In this document: positions 1-13,426 of the stretch, piece by piece
Numbering within the stretch: position 1 is the stretch's first letter
Layout: the number at the start of each line of letters is the position of its first letter
Assembly: GCA_951406725.2 (NCBI GenBank)
Contig: OX597820.1
Span: forward strand, 12,896,001-12,960,000
Length of the DNA: 64,000 nucleotides
Source: Octopus vulgaris
Lineage: Eukaryota
Direction of reading: 5' to 3'
Made by a program: the position numbers and the translations under genes
Notes under the pieces: generated by a model
Databases searched by the model: none
The model's input: only the letters and a program-made list of their open reading frames with translations
Told to the model about the DNA's origin: nothing

Positions 1-159
1 AATCGAGCAACTCGACCCCGCGACTTATTCTTTGTAAGCCCAGTACTTATTCTATCGGTCTCTTTTGCCGAACCGCTAGGTGACGGGGACATAAACACAC
101 CAGCATCGGTTGTCAAGAGATGTTGGGGGGACAAACATAGACACACAAACATACACGCA

Positions 160-217
<58 letters not shown>

Positions 218-388
218 TATATACATATATACGAGGGGCTTCTTTCAGTTTCCGTCTACTAAATCTACTCACAATGCTTTGTTCGGCACGAGGCTATAGT
301 AGAAGACACTTGCCCAAGGTGCCACGCAGTGGGACTGAACCCGGAACCATGTGGTTGGTAAACAAGCTACTTACCACACAGCCACTCC

Positions 389-390
<2 letters not shown>
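1..390 (-). mobile_element. tRNA-derived SINE, family A; 3' end cut by window edge
   Basis: Minus-strand head TAGGAGTGGCTGTGTGGTAAG...GGGTTCAGTCCC has Pol III A/B-box-like motifs, followed by an internal (TA)/(CA) tract; near-identical to copies at 42.2, 58.2 and 61.2 kb. Confidence 0.9.
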
Positions 391-446
<56 letters not shown>

Positions 447-840
447 CTAAGAATTTGCACGCGGGTAATTTATTAATGACTAATACATACAGAAAGGAAG
501 ATGACACTTTTGATGAACCTAACTCGTGATCGAGGTAGGATTTTATTTTGATGGATGGCATCTTACTATGAGCTCTTGAACTTTTCTCTTATCCATTTTA
601 AATGATGCGGTCTCTGAAAACAGGACCGAAACTAGCTGCCTTAGGAGAGTCACCGAGTAGCGACGGTGAAATCTATAGACATTTTTGACTCACCTAAACT
701 ACAGCTCCACTCAAACCAGATTTCTTAACCACCTTGTCTATGGTGAATGAGATTAAGGTAGCCTTAACTAGATTTATAGCGAGTCACTTTTTGTCTTCGG
801 ATTCCTTAAACTACCGACGACAGAATCATTGCTTTTGTTA

Positions 841-1226
841 GTGGAAGCACTCCGTCGGTTACGACGATGAGGGTTCCGGTTGATCCGAATCAACGGAACA
901 GCCTTCTCGTGAAATTAACGTGTAAGTGGCTGAGCACTCCACAGACACGTGTACCCTTAACGTAGTTCTCGGGGATATTCAGCGTGACACAGAGAGTGAC
1001 AAGGCCGGCCCCTTGAAATACAGGTACAACAGAAACAGGAAGTAAGAGTGAGAGAAAGTTGTGGTGAAAGAGTACAGCAGGGATCACCACCACCCCCTGC
1101 CGGAGCCTCGCGGAGCTTTAGATGTTTTCGCTCAATAAACACTCACAACGCCCGGTCTGGGAATCGAAACCGCGATCCTATGACCGTGAGTCCGCTGCCC
1201 TAACCACTGGGCCATTGCGCCTCCAC
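841..1226 (-). mobile_element. tRNA-derived SINE, family C (possibly octopus OR-type), full length with 12-bp TSD
   Basis: Head GTGGAGGCGCAATGGCCCAGTGGTTAGGGCAGCGGACTC...GGTTTCGATTCCC; TTGCTTTTGTTA duplicated at 829-840 and 1227-1238. Family name from memory, unverified. Confidence 0.85.
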
Positions 1227-4200
1227 TTGCTTTTGTTAACACCTTGGCCGAAACTAACTGATCGGAAAATATGAATTGTAGATCACTTGTTTCTATATTT
1301 TCTTCGCCGAAGTCTCTTCTCAGCCCTCGCGAGTAAGACGTCTTCCGTTCAACTCTTTGCAGGAGTCGTTTGCATATTACTGCATAGCTACGCAATGATC
1401 AAAGGAGAGATAAGCCAAACTAGGCTATGTGACACCTATTCAGCACTCCGCATTTCTCGCCCGAAAACTAGGGCAGGCCGTCGAGGATGATGTTCAAGTC
1501 CATTAACTGTTTGGTTGTGAACTTCAGTAATATAACAAAATTGTTATCTTTTTCAGAAACATATTTTGGAAATGCTATCTTTTTGCATTTGACTAGGAAA
1601 TATTCAAGGCGTTTTTATCTTTACATCTACATCGGTTGTCGTGGCACCTCCCCCATCATCGTCACTGATTCTTCAAACGTCAAACACTGACATTTTTATT
1701 TTTAAAATATTAGACGTTTGTTTCTCAATTAAGACGAGTAGAATATAACCGAATTAAAAACTTAGCGTAATGAATAGTAATTAAATAGTAAAATTACCTT
1801 CCTTTAGAGAGACAAAGATGTACGGTTTAAGAGAAAGACAAGACTAATGATGTTTCGAAGACGGCGTCGTTTATTTCAATGGTTATTGATATTGTGGAAC
1901 TTCACATAAAAATACTGTCATTAGGACATAAAAGTAACGAGAAACTAACGCATCACTGGTGATTAAAGAGACTGGAAAGTTAAGTAAAAGACTTTAAAAA
2001 ATGCTTTACGCCAGCTGTTCTCAGTTTCCAATTCGTAGATTTATGGAATACCAAACATTACAAAGATTTTAACACACAATAATAGACAATTAAAGGATCA
2101 CGGAATAATGTAAATTTCAAAAACAATGTAGAAGAAAAACGACTAAAATTGCTGACAGTAAAATAATTTTGACGAAGCAACATACGTCGATAAATGAAAG
2201 TAACTTGTCTCGTTTTTTATGTTCGTTTTTTTTTTGCAGATAAGACATATAAATGTCTAGACTGAATATAATAGGAGTGAATGCAATTGAAGAAATACAA
2301 CAGAGTAGGACCATATATATGTCACAATAAAACGTAATCAGGAAGACCAACATACTTTCAGATGACCTTTAAATGTAACAATGCCGTTCAGGGTTGCTGG
2401 CTTAAAAACGTGAAGATCATTGCTACAAACTTAAGGTATTTTGTTAAATATCTATCAGTGGTTTTATTGGTTGATCTTGATGATCTGGAGGAAGAAGATA
2501 TGCCGTATCCGAGGCCGGTGAGAATCCTGTCAGTAACCTTCTTCTGTCGTTGTGATGGCGCCATGGATGGCAAACATGATAACTGTACTTATATTACAAA
2601 ATAAGGTACGAGATACTGGAAGGAGAGTAAAGAAATAATGATGTTCTATTACTCAGTCTTATATCAGTCCTGACTGGGCAGGCCTATAATCAAAGGCATC
2701 TCAAGTCTTTACTTTCTGTCTTTTGTCTTAACATGATAGAGTATGATTTTAAATCATTTTGGCTGGCAGTAACTCCGTCGTTAGCTCGTAAGCTTCTACA
2801 TAATCACAGTTTTATAAACTGCTGGCATGATAGTCAGTTGATGTATTATATGGCCTCGTTTGAATAGACTTATAGATACATCAGTAAAGTAAAAGGATAA
2901 TACATCGTGTAGAGTATATTAAAAGTAAAATACGTTAGGAAGTGAGTTATACAAATTACGAACGAGATTAATGGCTTTCCAAACGCCATATGATATGTGC
3001 CTAATTCCTGGGTCCCGATTAGTTCCGAAGTATTTTGTATCAAAGATGGAGTATGAAAATAATCCTGGTGAAATAAAGGCCAAGGTGCCTTTAGTGGAAT
3101 TGAGATTGAAAAAGTATTAAAAGAAATATTAAAAGATGATAAAAGAATTAGAAAAAGAGATTAAAATCAGTATTAAAAATAATATATTCCGAGGAAGGTC
3201 TATTATCTTGATTTCACTTTTAGTGCTTTGATCTCCTACCTTGTAAATTAGAAACACGAAAACCAATCAATCAAAGAGGCGAAACTAATAAAGTCAATTG
3301 CTTAATGTTCATGAATGATACGGACATTAGATAGAAGATGGCTTCTTTGATGCCATCCTTTAAAATTATTTACAGTGGTGATGCTATTTGCGGGTTGATA
3401 TTCACAAGTGTATAACGCCTTTTATTATGGACTTGAGGGAAAAGGTCGATGTCCACGGTTCTTATCAAGACTCAAAGACTGGTTATAGGAAGTGAAGAAA
3501 TTATCCTCAAGACGAACATATTACATGACTCGAATGATTGCACAAGAATGCACTCAGCTAAAGGCCCCAAGGGTCAAATGGTAATATTAATAACTGCAAC
3601 GGAGACCAGTTTCTAGGGTACAATCCTGATAGAACAGAATAAAGAGATATAAAGAAGACGGGTAATTGATATAAATAACTGGTGAGTTTGGAGAATACGC
3701 ATGGAAGTTCAGTGAGGTTTTGAAAACCAAATATGAAAAAAATAGCATTAAGTATAGTTAAATGTGGGTAATGAATATATTAAGATGTTTTGCAGGCTGT
3801 CTTTACTGAAATAAAGATAAAATTGCCAAAATTGACAGACACAGCAAAAACGCTGTTAATAATGTACGTCGAAGAAGTGTTAATAGATGTCACATAGAAT
3901 GAATGTTATATAAGAGGTAACTAGATAACTGTGTAACGAAACACAAAGTAGATTTATCAATTATAGAACTAGAAAGATATGGTAAAAAGAGTAGACGTAC
4001 ATAAAAACATCTGTATAGGAAGATGCGAGATCGATACAGTGAAGAATAGAATGATTAGAATGGATATATATGGAGATAAAAGATGCAGTAGATGAAAAAC
4101 TGGCAAGAAAAATTGTCACATTGACATTACGTCTGCTAAACAAAATATTTGAGAGACTAACAATAGGTTTTACTGAGGGATGGATGATAAAAGAGTTACT

Positions 4201-4793
4201 CATTTGTTAAGAAGTGTAGGGTTAGATAAACAATATAGCCAAGCGTCTAGTATGTTAACAAAGCGAGATAACATAAAAAGAACAACATTTTCCTGTGTGA
4301 TCAAGAAACGATGCGTTGATGCTATTTCTAAATTTAAATTCAAAATGGATGAAATCTCGTCTCATGAACAGTCAGAAGATGTTGTTGGAAATGATTATTG
4401 AATGACAGGATTTCTCTGTACAAGTATCCGGATAAAAGATCATATATATTACGCATAAATCAAATAAATGGGGATAAGAACGACCGTATGATATAGTCAT
4501 ATAGATCGCATATCATTCCAATTACGTAGGAAAAGAAGATGTAAAAAAACTTGATACATTATAAGAGCTAAATCGTTGAACTTAAGAATCCGAAGCAACA
4601 ATGGACCCAGTATTTTCAGATGAATGCGGAGAGAACTACCAATGAGAAGTGCACAATAGATGGACGAACATTAAATTTAAGACCTATGAAGACCCAGGCT
4701 GCAGAAAAATGATTGCACTTACTTTTCAGGAATCCTTCTCAGATTCGTTGTAAAGTGAAGAAACATTTTTGTGACGATATTTTATCATATTAA

Positions 4794-4995
4794 GGCGGTG
4801 AGGTGGCAGAAACGTCAGCACGTCGGGCGAAATGCTTAGCAGCCTTTACGTTCTGAGTTCAAACTCCGCCGAGGTCGACTTTGCCTTTTATCCTTTCGAA
4901 GTCGATGAATTAAGTACCAGTTGCCTAGTGGAGTCGATCTAATCGCCTGGCCCTCTCCCGAAAAATTTTGGGCCTTGTGTCTAGAGTAGAAAAGA
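4794..4995 (+). mobile_element. MetaSINE-type SINE, family B, short-tail variant
   Basis: GGCGGTGAGGTGGCAGAA head; Meta-domain-like GGTCGACTTTGCCTTTTATCCTTTCGAAGTCGATGAATTAAGTACCAG; ATATTTTATCAT on both flanks (likely TSD). Confidence 0.8.
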
Positions 4996-5261
4996 ATATT
5001 TTATCATTTTTTTTTACTGATGAAACTAGTATATATGCCATGGACATCAAAGAAGTTAGAACGCAATATCGACTGCAACAAAATTTGAATTGAGAGTGTA
5101 AGAATGACATAGAATACCATACAAAATTTTGTCTGCGCTTTAGCGACCCTGTTAAACACCAACCATGGCAATAATGATAATGGGACAACGCATTACATAT
5201 AAGTGGGGGGTAACATAATCGATTTAACCAAACGCTGTATCTGAATTCTGCTTATTCTATA

Positions 5262-5262
5262 A

Positions 5263-5295
<33 letters not shown>

Positions 5296-5400
5296 GCGGC
5301 GGCGGTGGCAGTGGTGGTGTTGGTGGTGGCATCGAGGATGTCGGTGTTGATGCTCTTGCTGATGATGATGATGATGGCGAAGATGATAGTGGTAAAAATT
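5262..5400. repeat. (GAT)n/(GGT)n microsatellite
   Basis: Seen directly; produces the spurious poly-His ORF 5257-5439. Confidence 0.9.
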
Positions 5401-6155
5401 GTAGTATAGAGAACGAAAGACTTTTAAATGAAATGTCAAACGTTTATGGCACGAAATTGAAACCAGAAGCGATAGAACGGCAAAAGAAAAGCGCTAATGT
5501 TGAATACTTCATGGCTTTAAGAGAAGAAATCTTCTTTCGAAAAAATTTGCTAGCACAGTATAACTGCGAAACATGGTGAAAATGAAAAAAAATCTTGTTT
5601 CAGTCGAGTATTTGTAAATATATTGTATATTGACTGCAGACTGAGAATTTAATTAACACTTGTAATTCCAATAATTTATTTCTTGACTTGGATTTTTCAA
5701 GCTGATTTCTTTATCGAAGTCAATACGCTAACATCTATAGGAGTTCAAGATAAAAATCTGTGAAATTAGTCATTGATCTTTAAATATTTTACCCAAGGCT
5801 GGTGTCTGCGACGTCAAAGCTTTAACTAAATTGGTTTAAGTCTCAGCGGATCGATTTCGTTGAAGTAAATTAATATTGCATTTCAAGTGCGGAGTTCGTT
5901 CCAGTATTTCTACCGGAAGCTAATGGACGATTTTAAAAGGGTGTCGGATCATGCAAAGTAAACTGCCACTAAGAGAGGACATTTTAATTTCAAGAAACAT
6001 TAACTTCAGATAAAGTCATTATCGACACACAAAATTGACAAATTTATTCCGAACATCCGGTATAAATGTACATGTGTGAATGTATTTGCGTTTGTGTGTA
6101 TGTGTGTGTGTGCGTGTTTGTGTGTGTGAATATATGTATATATATATGCATGTCA

Positions 6156-6211
<56 letters not shown>

Positions 6212-7009
6212 ATCTTAATATATAAAACTGCACCTCTTTTATTGTTGCATTTCTTTATTCCTTTGTGTGTTCTAGCATAAATGCTGTGACCAGACTGTAT
6301 TTATAGGGTTAAAACATATCTATATGCTAATGGAGTGATAATAGGTGTTTCAACTTAAGATTCTTCTAAGAAGAAATTATGCAGCCGATATAATCTGTTC
6401 CATAATTTTACAGATCGTTATGCAGACAATATTATGTTGGCTGAAATCTGAAATAGTAGCTCAGTCATGTCGATAACGTAATGCATACATGCAAATGGTG
6501 CATGTAGCTGTTCTTTGAAAACAGGAAATCATTCGTCATATATGCTTCGAACACTAACAGCCAAAACAAAAATTGAAAACCATTTCAACATACGTCAGCG
6601 TGTCTTACGAGGAATCGCCCTTGAATGTAATTTACGATTATTTAATTCAAAGCACAATTATATTAATGTATGGCAACAAAATTAATGTAGATAAAATGCA
6701 CAAAATTTAGATGCAAATGTTGTATAGAGCCGTTTTGTTTTTCTAAAAAGTCGAGGCATAAAAATAACAGAGGAATGTTGAACACCAGATCACTATTTTA
6801 GTGGCCCTTACTTTGATACAGATAGCTTTCTGCAGTTAAAAGCAGAACTATATTAATGTCTAACAGCAAAATCTTTTGAGCTAGAGTAATACATTCACAA
6901 CATATACTACGATATATGTTCTATTGTCTTAAAGAACAGTAAACTTAAGACCGTAGATTATTTACATTTCATTTGTTATAAGATTTAACTGCTTTTCTTA
7001 CTTTTCGTT

Positions 7010-7205
7010 ATAGTACACCATAAATGCCGCTGCTATTTTCTCAGGTATACCATAGGTCTGTAGAATTTTCTACCATTTTACCATAGTAGTTAGAGTCAAA
7101 TGCCTTTCAGAAATCAGCAAACAGTAATACTGCTTCAAGTTTAATGGCTTTTACTCCTCCTAGTAAACGGCGAACCGTAAGTATTTGTTATTTTTCCTGA
7201 AACCT
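7010..7205 (-). pseudogene. Non-LTR reverse transcriptase fragment (RTE/RTE-X-like)
   Basis: Manual translation GFRKN..QILTVRRLLGGVKAIKLEAVLLFADF*KAFDS...(frameshift)ILQTYGIPEKI contains the DFxKAFDS RT motif, with a stop and a frameshift. Confidence 0.75.
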
Positions 7206-7334
7206 CAATTGATGCAAGAAGGATATGTACGGCATGTGCAGATTAAAGATGTCCCAGAAAACTCAACCAGATAGCGGCAAAAGAGTCACTACCTTAATAG
7301 CATCTGGTATACAGAGAGAGAGAGAAAATATGCT

Positions 7335-7770
7335 TGTATCATTTCATCCCATAAGTTCTGTCAGAATTTTGAATAGACAAAGCAAATGATGAAATGTTAT
7401 ATTTAATTGAAATTTAATCATCAATGTACTTTCCCTGATTATCTAAGACTTCCTTCCATCTATTTAAGCTTTTTAATCTCATCGATGTAAAACTGTTTTG
7501 GTTTCAAAGCGAGGAACTCTGAAATGTCAGTTTCGACCTCCTCGTGGCTTGCAAAAGTTATGTTCCCCAAATGATTCTGTAAACTACGAAACAAATAATA
7601 ATCTTAAAGAGCAAGGTCGGGAGAATAAGATAAATGAGGAACTTTTTCCCAACCAAGTTCTTCGATCTTCTGTGATGTGATCTTTGCAGTGTGGGGTCGC
7701 GCATTGTCCCGATGAAACATCACCTCTTTTTGATTCACTAAAGCGGGCTCTTTTTCCTTCAAACCAAGTT
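7335..7770 (-). mobile_element. mariner transposase C-terminal relic
   Basis: ORF 7604-7813 has FHRDNARPHTAKITSQKIEELGWEKVPHLSYSPDLA (mariner HDNARPH and YSPDLAP motifs), then a stop. Confidence 0.85.
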
Positions 7771-7837
7771 TTGAAGGAAAAAAAACAATATTTATTGATA
7801 TAGGTGTAGGCATGGCTAAAGACGAAAAAAGGGGGCC

Positions 7838-8175
7838 GTGTGGTTTAGGAAGTTCGATATGCGACCGAATCCGTGGTCAGTCCCTCTGTGCAGCAGTATA
7901 GGCAAGTGCTTGTTGCTATAGGCACGGAGCGGCAAATGCCGGAAATGCAATGAAGCCCGTAGTATGTGTGAGTGCCATTGTGTTTGTGTTTTGCTCCCCT
8001 CCCATTGCTTAGCAACCGTTCATAGTTTGTTTAGCAAAAGAGACCGATAGAATAAGTACCAGATATATAACAGCAAGTAAGGGAGCTTATTTCATTTTTA
8101 CTATAACCATTTTAATGTAGTGCCCCAGCATGGCCGCAGTCCAATGATTGAAAGTATTGAAAGATATGCGATAAA
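7838..8175 (+). mobile_element. Degenerate SINE family A
   Basis: Blocks GGCAAGTG, GCAAAAGAGACCGATAGAATAAGTAC and GTGCCCCAGCATGGCCGCAGTC occur in family order. Confidence 0.7.
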
Positions 8176-8832
8176 AGATATGAAAAAATATCTATAAAAA
8201 TATCTATAAAACTAAACACACACCCTATGAATACAACTACTAACATACTTGCACCTTAATAGGGATTATTCATCTTTACACCAATGATTTTTACATGACT
8301 GTAAAAAGAAATAGCTTAAATGATGCGATGAATATTCTGATCATTCTATAAAAATTTATTATCCGCTGCTACTCTGTACAAAGGAATTAAACAGCTAATG
8401 TGTTCGTTACACCAAATATTAAGGGATTTCATGCAAAGCAACATTCGAAACATACAGCTTATACAATTTAGATTGGCAGCAAAAGAATATAATTATTATG
8501 GAAATTGTTTTAGGAAACCAATATTTTGCAATGCTTCATAGAAACTGTATTACTCTGATGTAATTATTGTAATAATTTTCTCTGTAGATAAATGCTGATC
8601 CAAATGTCACGGAAGCATTTGCTTTATATTATAAATTCTTTCAAATAATAATGATTTCTAACAGACACAAAGCCATCTATTTCAGGCTATTATGATATAA
8701 TCGATTATATCGAACCCAGTATTTTATAGATTGTAATATTATTGATTCCAGAATAGGGAAAGGACTTGTCATCGACAGCATAATGCTCTACCAAATCCGT
8801 AAGTGTATATAATGTTTTTTATATTTTCCCTG

Positions 8833-8990
8833 CAGGTATGGGTGTTTGGTTAAGAAGCTTGTACTTTTGCGTTCAGTTCTGCAGTGCGGCAGTACTTTTG
8901 GCGAGTATCTTCTACTGAGGTCCTAGTTAAAGCAATGTCTTGCGGGTGAATTTGGTACACAGGAAACTGTGCTAAAGCTCGTCGTATATA
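8833..8990 (+). mobile_element. SINE family A 5' fragment
   Basis: Degenerate head through GTGAATTTGGTACACAGGAAACTG...GTCGTATATA. Confidence 0.55.
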
Positions 8991-9824
8991 TATATATATA
9001 TATATAGATGTGTGCGTGTCTGTTTTGTGTGTGAGTGTGAGTGTGTGTGTTTGTGTGTGTGAGTGTGTGTGTATGTGTGTGTGTGTGTGTGTGTGTGTAA
9101 AAGGGAGAGATGCCCGGAAGCCGCAAGCGCAACAGAGAGAGGCAGAAGAGGAAAAGATGGAAGATTAAGAAGAATGGGAAACCAATGGTAAAAGGAAGAA
9201 GAGCAAAAGAAACAAGGCAAGAGATAATGAACCCCATCCCACCCCAGCATCACCCACATCCTCCTCGTCCCACCCTTTCCCTGCAGGAACAAAACCTACT
9301 CACTCCCCACCAACAAGAAAACAAAAAAGAAAGACACACACAACAACTTACAAAATTCCCGTCTCGCTTTAGGTTTATTAGACAAGGAAGACGAAGACCT
9401 GTTGGAAATATTGAGGGACTGGGTTGAAGTCAAATTGCCGGATAGTTGGGATGAGAAGGTGTGTATGGGGGTGCTTTTAACGGGAACTCAAGTGAAAGAA
9501 CTGGAAAATGAACTGAGCAATGTTTTTTTTTGTTAGTAAGAAAGGAAATAGAGCCGGACAAGAAAAAAAGAACTGGAAAAACAGTACGGGGTGAAAATAT
9601 GAGACTATGTATTTTCCGAAAGACTTTAAGCAGAGGACCTAGGAAAAGAAGACAGGTAAGTGATGTTATCCGATGGGGCGGATAACATTTCATCTTTCAT
9701 TTTCACCCCCTCATTTTTATCATACGTTTTTTGGGGGACATTTTATGTCCCCAATGCGTTGTATGATTTTTATCTTTGTCAGCCCGTCCTGGGTAATAAA
9801 TAAATTGCGGGTCTCCTGTTTCCT

Positions 9825-9917
9825 GTTTATCCTGATGAGGGGGGAGGGGCATCACCGTATTGCACTTTAGTGTAAATAAAATGCGGTGGTGCGCTCCCGA
9901 AATGGCCATAACTATAT
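9825..9917 (+). ncRNA. Hammerhead-ribozyme-like motif with long stem II; stem I degenerate
   Basis: CTGATGA at 9832-9838; stem II GGGAG..GCATCACCGTATT pairs with AATGCGGTGGTGC..CTCCC; then GAAA-TGGCCA-TA (palindromic ATGGCCAT). Stem I pairs poorly. Confidence 0.55.
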
Positions 9918-12898
9918 GTGAATGTTGAATTTGATCCGTGAAATCTGCTCATTATGAATTTTTGGATGTACTTATGTGGAGGGAGTAAAATACTTTTTTC
10001 AAGATGTATGTGAATTTGACCTGTGGAAGTCTGTTTACGCATGAACTTTGGACGTACTTGTATGAGAGAAGCAAAAGACTTTTTCCAAATATTTTTTTCA
10101 AATATTTAAAAAAGAATTTTTTTTTAAATTTAAAATAAAAATTTTAATCGTCTGATAAAACTTTTTTAGTCGGTGGATATTTATTTTATTTTTATTATAC
10201 CTTTACTTATTTTTCTATTAGTTATTTTTTGGTAGTTTTTGAACATTTAGCCGTTTATATTTCACATTTTTTATTGGCCGTTTTATTTGTATTTTATTCG
10301 ATTATATACTTTTACCTTCTGTGATTTTATGTATATGTATTTTTATGTGTTTGTGAACCATGGTGATTTTTATATATGATTAAATGTTTGAGGAGTGGTA
10401 TTGTATGTAAAGTCGTCGACCCAAATTTAATGCTTGTTCTATAACCAATGCTTCTCTCTCTCTATATATATATATATATGTATGCATGCGTACATGTATG
10501 TATATGAATAGAATAGATAAGGGGAATTAAATGAGAGGGCGGGGAATCAATGTTTTGTCCATTCCTTTACAGCTGTTTCATAATCGTTTTAGTTATATAA
10601 TACACATTACATTAACATCGGCACGTACATAAAATATACATATAAATATATGTGCGTATGTAAACCCATATATACAAGCGAGCTAAGAACTTGACAGAAT
10701 AATCTTTGAAACGATTCATTGTAAACCAAAACGTCAACTATGTCTATATATATGTAATTATTTATGTATGTTTTGCAGAGTGTGTATGCAGTCTTTTTAA
10801 TGATCTCGCCATTTCGCCATCAGTTTTGTATTATTTTCTCTGACTCAAACTCATTTCTATTATATCAGACTATTCTTCCATTTATAAAGGAGAGAATGGC
10901 AATTCGATAATTTTTATTATTTCTTTGTATTTTTTATGACTGGTTCGTGTATGATTTTATTCGAAAGTGGTTACATGTGTCAATCATGGCGATTCTTATT
11001 ATATTTGGTCGTTGCCAAACACGAATTCTCCGAAGTATCACGCCGACATTATTTCGCTTCAGTTCATAAAGCGATAGAATTAACGTTTAGATGATATAAA
11101 TATTTCAGATGTATTTTATTAATATTTGGCAGCTATTTCGAATTTATTGATAATGTTTGGTTAAAGTATGGTCATGTAGTTGCGTACAATCGAATATACG
11201 CATTCATATGTAATATTTGTGCATCTCTCACTCCCTCTACCCCCACCTCTATCTTCATCTCTCTCGTGTACTTATGGAGAGATAACAGAAGAGTAAGAAA
11301 TACCCAAGTTTCTATGATGTTGAAATTCATAACTTAGTTCCAATTACCGGTTGACAATTGTCTCCACTAACTTTACATTAGGAACCATTTTGAAGATTAC
11401 TGTCACGATATATTTGGTTTTGTCTCCCTTAAACAAATATAAGGCATTGCGTGTTGTTCCTAAAGAAAATAATATTTTTGAGAGATAGAGTATAATTTGT
11501 TTACTTAAAAGAATACGCTTTAATTTGCTCCAGTTTGTTGGTTAATTAGATAAAGTAAAGTTTGTAAGACCTTGGAAAATGATAAAAATGTACTATTATA
11601 CAAGACCCCAGTGAGAGACGGAATAGCCATTATTTAACCAAGTGACTGAATAAATGATCAGACGAAGGTGTGAGAAATATAGGCAATGTTGAGGGATAAA
11701 ATATAATGAAAAGGGATTAAATGAGACTAATACTCCAGGTCAAACAGATTAAGCAAACTTTACACTAAAGTTTGACCAACCGTTTTTAAGGATATCTGGT
11801 ACTACATTGCGTAATGTAGCTGTTTCTTTTTTAAGATAGTAGTTTCTTCTTTAAGATAGTAGGGCATGAATTGCGGAAATTTAGCTACTATTTTAGGCAA
11901 GTTGAATGATCTATAGCCTCTTGATGTGTTTCACTAGTAAAGCAGTTTGTATGAGAGTTAGTAAGGTGATCGATCTCATTAGAAGTAATATGAATAACAT
12001 TATTAAACAAGAATAACAGCTAACAGTGGTCAGCCACAAGTTATTTGGTAATGGTCAACCACAAGTTATTTTGAATGAGTCGATTTTTTTGTTTGATTTA
12101 TTACGAAAGCAAATTATTTAGTTACTTTCATTGTATGATAAAAATATGACCAAGATATAAGTTCATAAAAGTTGTCAGTAACATAAACAAAAATGGCTTT
12201 AATGGCAGACCGAGTTATGTAGGAATTCCGCTTGCAGAGAATTCACATCCCGGTCAATGACATTTACCAGCAAAGCTACAGTGAGTTGAAATAGATCTAA
12301 AACATGTTTGCTTGTGTTACGAAATTATTTGTCATACGTTTTAGAACCTTACATTTAAATTTTAATTTTAATGCTAAAAATGGATTACTTCCACCTCCAC
12401 AAATGGGAAGAAAGAACTCTGTCGAATGCATAATCACGTACTACCAACTAGAAGTGAAGAAAAGTTGGTTGAATAGGGAAAAATACAACACTAATAGCTT
12501 GAACTATGATAACGAAATGTTTCTTGGCTAGAAGTGTTATATCTAGCAGCAAAAGCAGAACACAAGATATTAATACAAATAATACAATAAGGTTATTCGC
12601 TCAATTCTAACTCAAGCTAACTTTAAAAACTTACACCTGTGAATTTCAATTTTCTAATATATAAAGCCAATTCATACGCTACAAACACACTAGGCGGCAT
12701 CTTAGCAGAGCCACAGCCTCTGAATTTCATAAATTCTCAGGAATTTTCTTACTTTTTTTGTTTGTTTGTTACAAAAGCTATTTTAATACAAGATATGCTT
12801 GCATATCTTGCATTTTATTACTTCGAAAGTTCACATTCGGGTTTTGTAATTATTACTCTGATATGTGTGAACAGAAATAAACTAATGTCCCTTTAGTC

Positions 12899-13426
12899 CA
12901 GAGGTTACCAAACTTTGTTCACAGACGGCCAGATAACTGAGAGAATGACGATAGTGGGCCGCATGACAATTTTGTTCAATATAGTACAGTGAATATACAA
13001 AACATAAAGACTACCAACATATTTATTTACCAAAAATTTATCAAAGAAAGCGGCGTTAACAATAAGATACAACACCCAATGTGCACATAATCTCACAAAC
13101 TAAGCAGCAAAAAGGGTTGGTGATATTTGCGAAACTGGTGTTTAGTTTTTAAGACATCATCAATATTTGCTTTGGAATTGCTGCATCCAACCAAGAGAAT
13201 TGCTTTCAAATGCTCATCAGTCAACTTCGTTCGATGTGCTGACTTCACATTCTTCATTATTGAAAACGTTTGCTCACAGACATACGTTGTTCCAAACACT
13301 GATGCCTTAGCAGAGGCAAATGAACTCTCATTGCAGGTACTTACACAAAAGGTACAGTGCGGAGGGCCGCTTGAACTGACCTCGTCGGCCAGATCCGGCC
13401 CGCGGACCGTAGTTTGGTGTCTACTG
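12899..13426 (-). mobile_element. Internally deleted hAT (Charlie/SPIN-like) transposon
   Basis: TIRs CAGAGGTTACCAAACT and AGTTTGGTGTCTACTG; 8-bp flanks CTTTAGTC / CTCTAGAC (Charlie-type NTCTAGAN); hATC dimerization fragment FGTTYVCEQTFSIMKNVKSAHRTKLTDEHL at 13093-13299. Confidence 0.85.

Noticed and set aside
596-645. Hammerhead-like ATGATGC-GGTC...GACC-GAAACTAG
   Set aside because: Stem II and GAAA are present, but there are two core mismatches, no clear NUH and no stem I.
10555-10830. Minus-strand GAAACAGCTGTA, a hammerhead 3' half
   Set aside because: No matching CUGANGA with stem I or II complementarity found.
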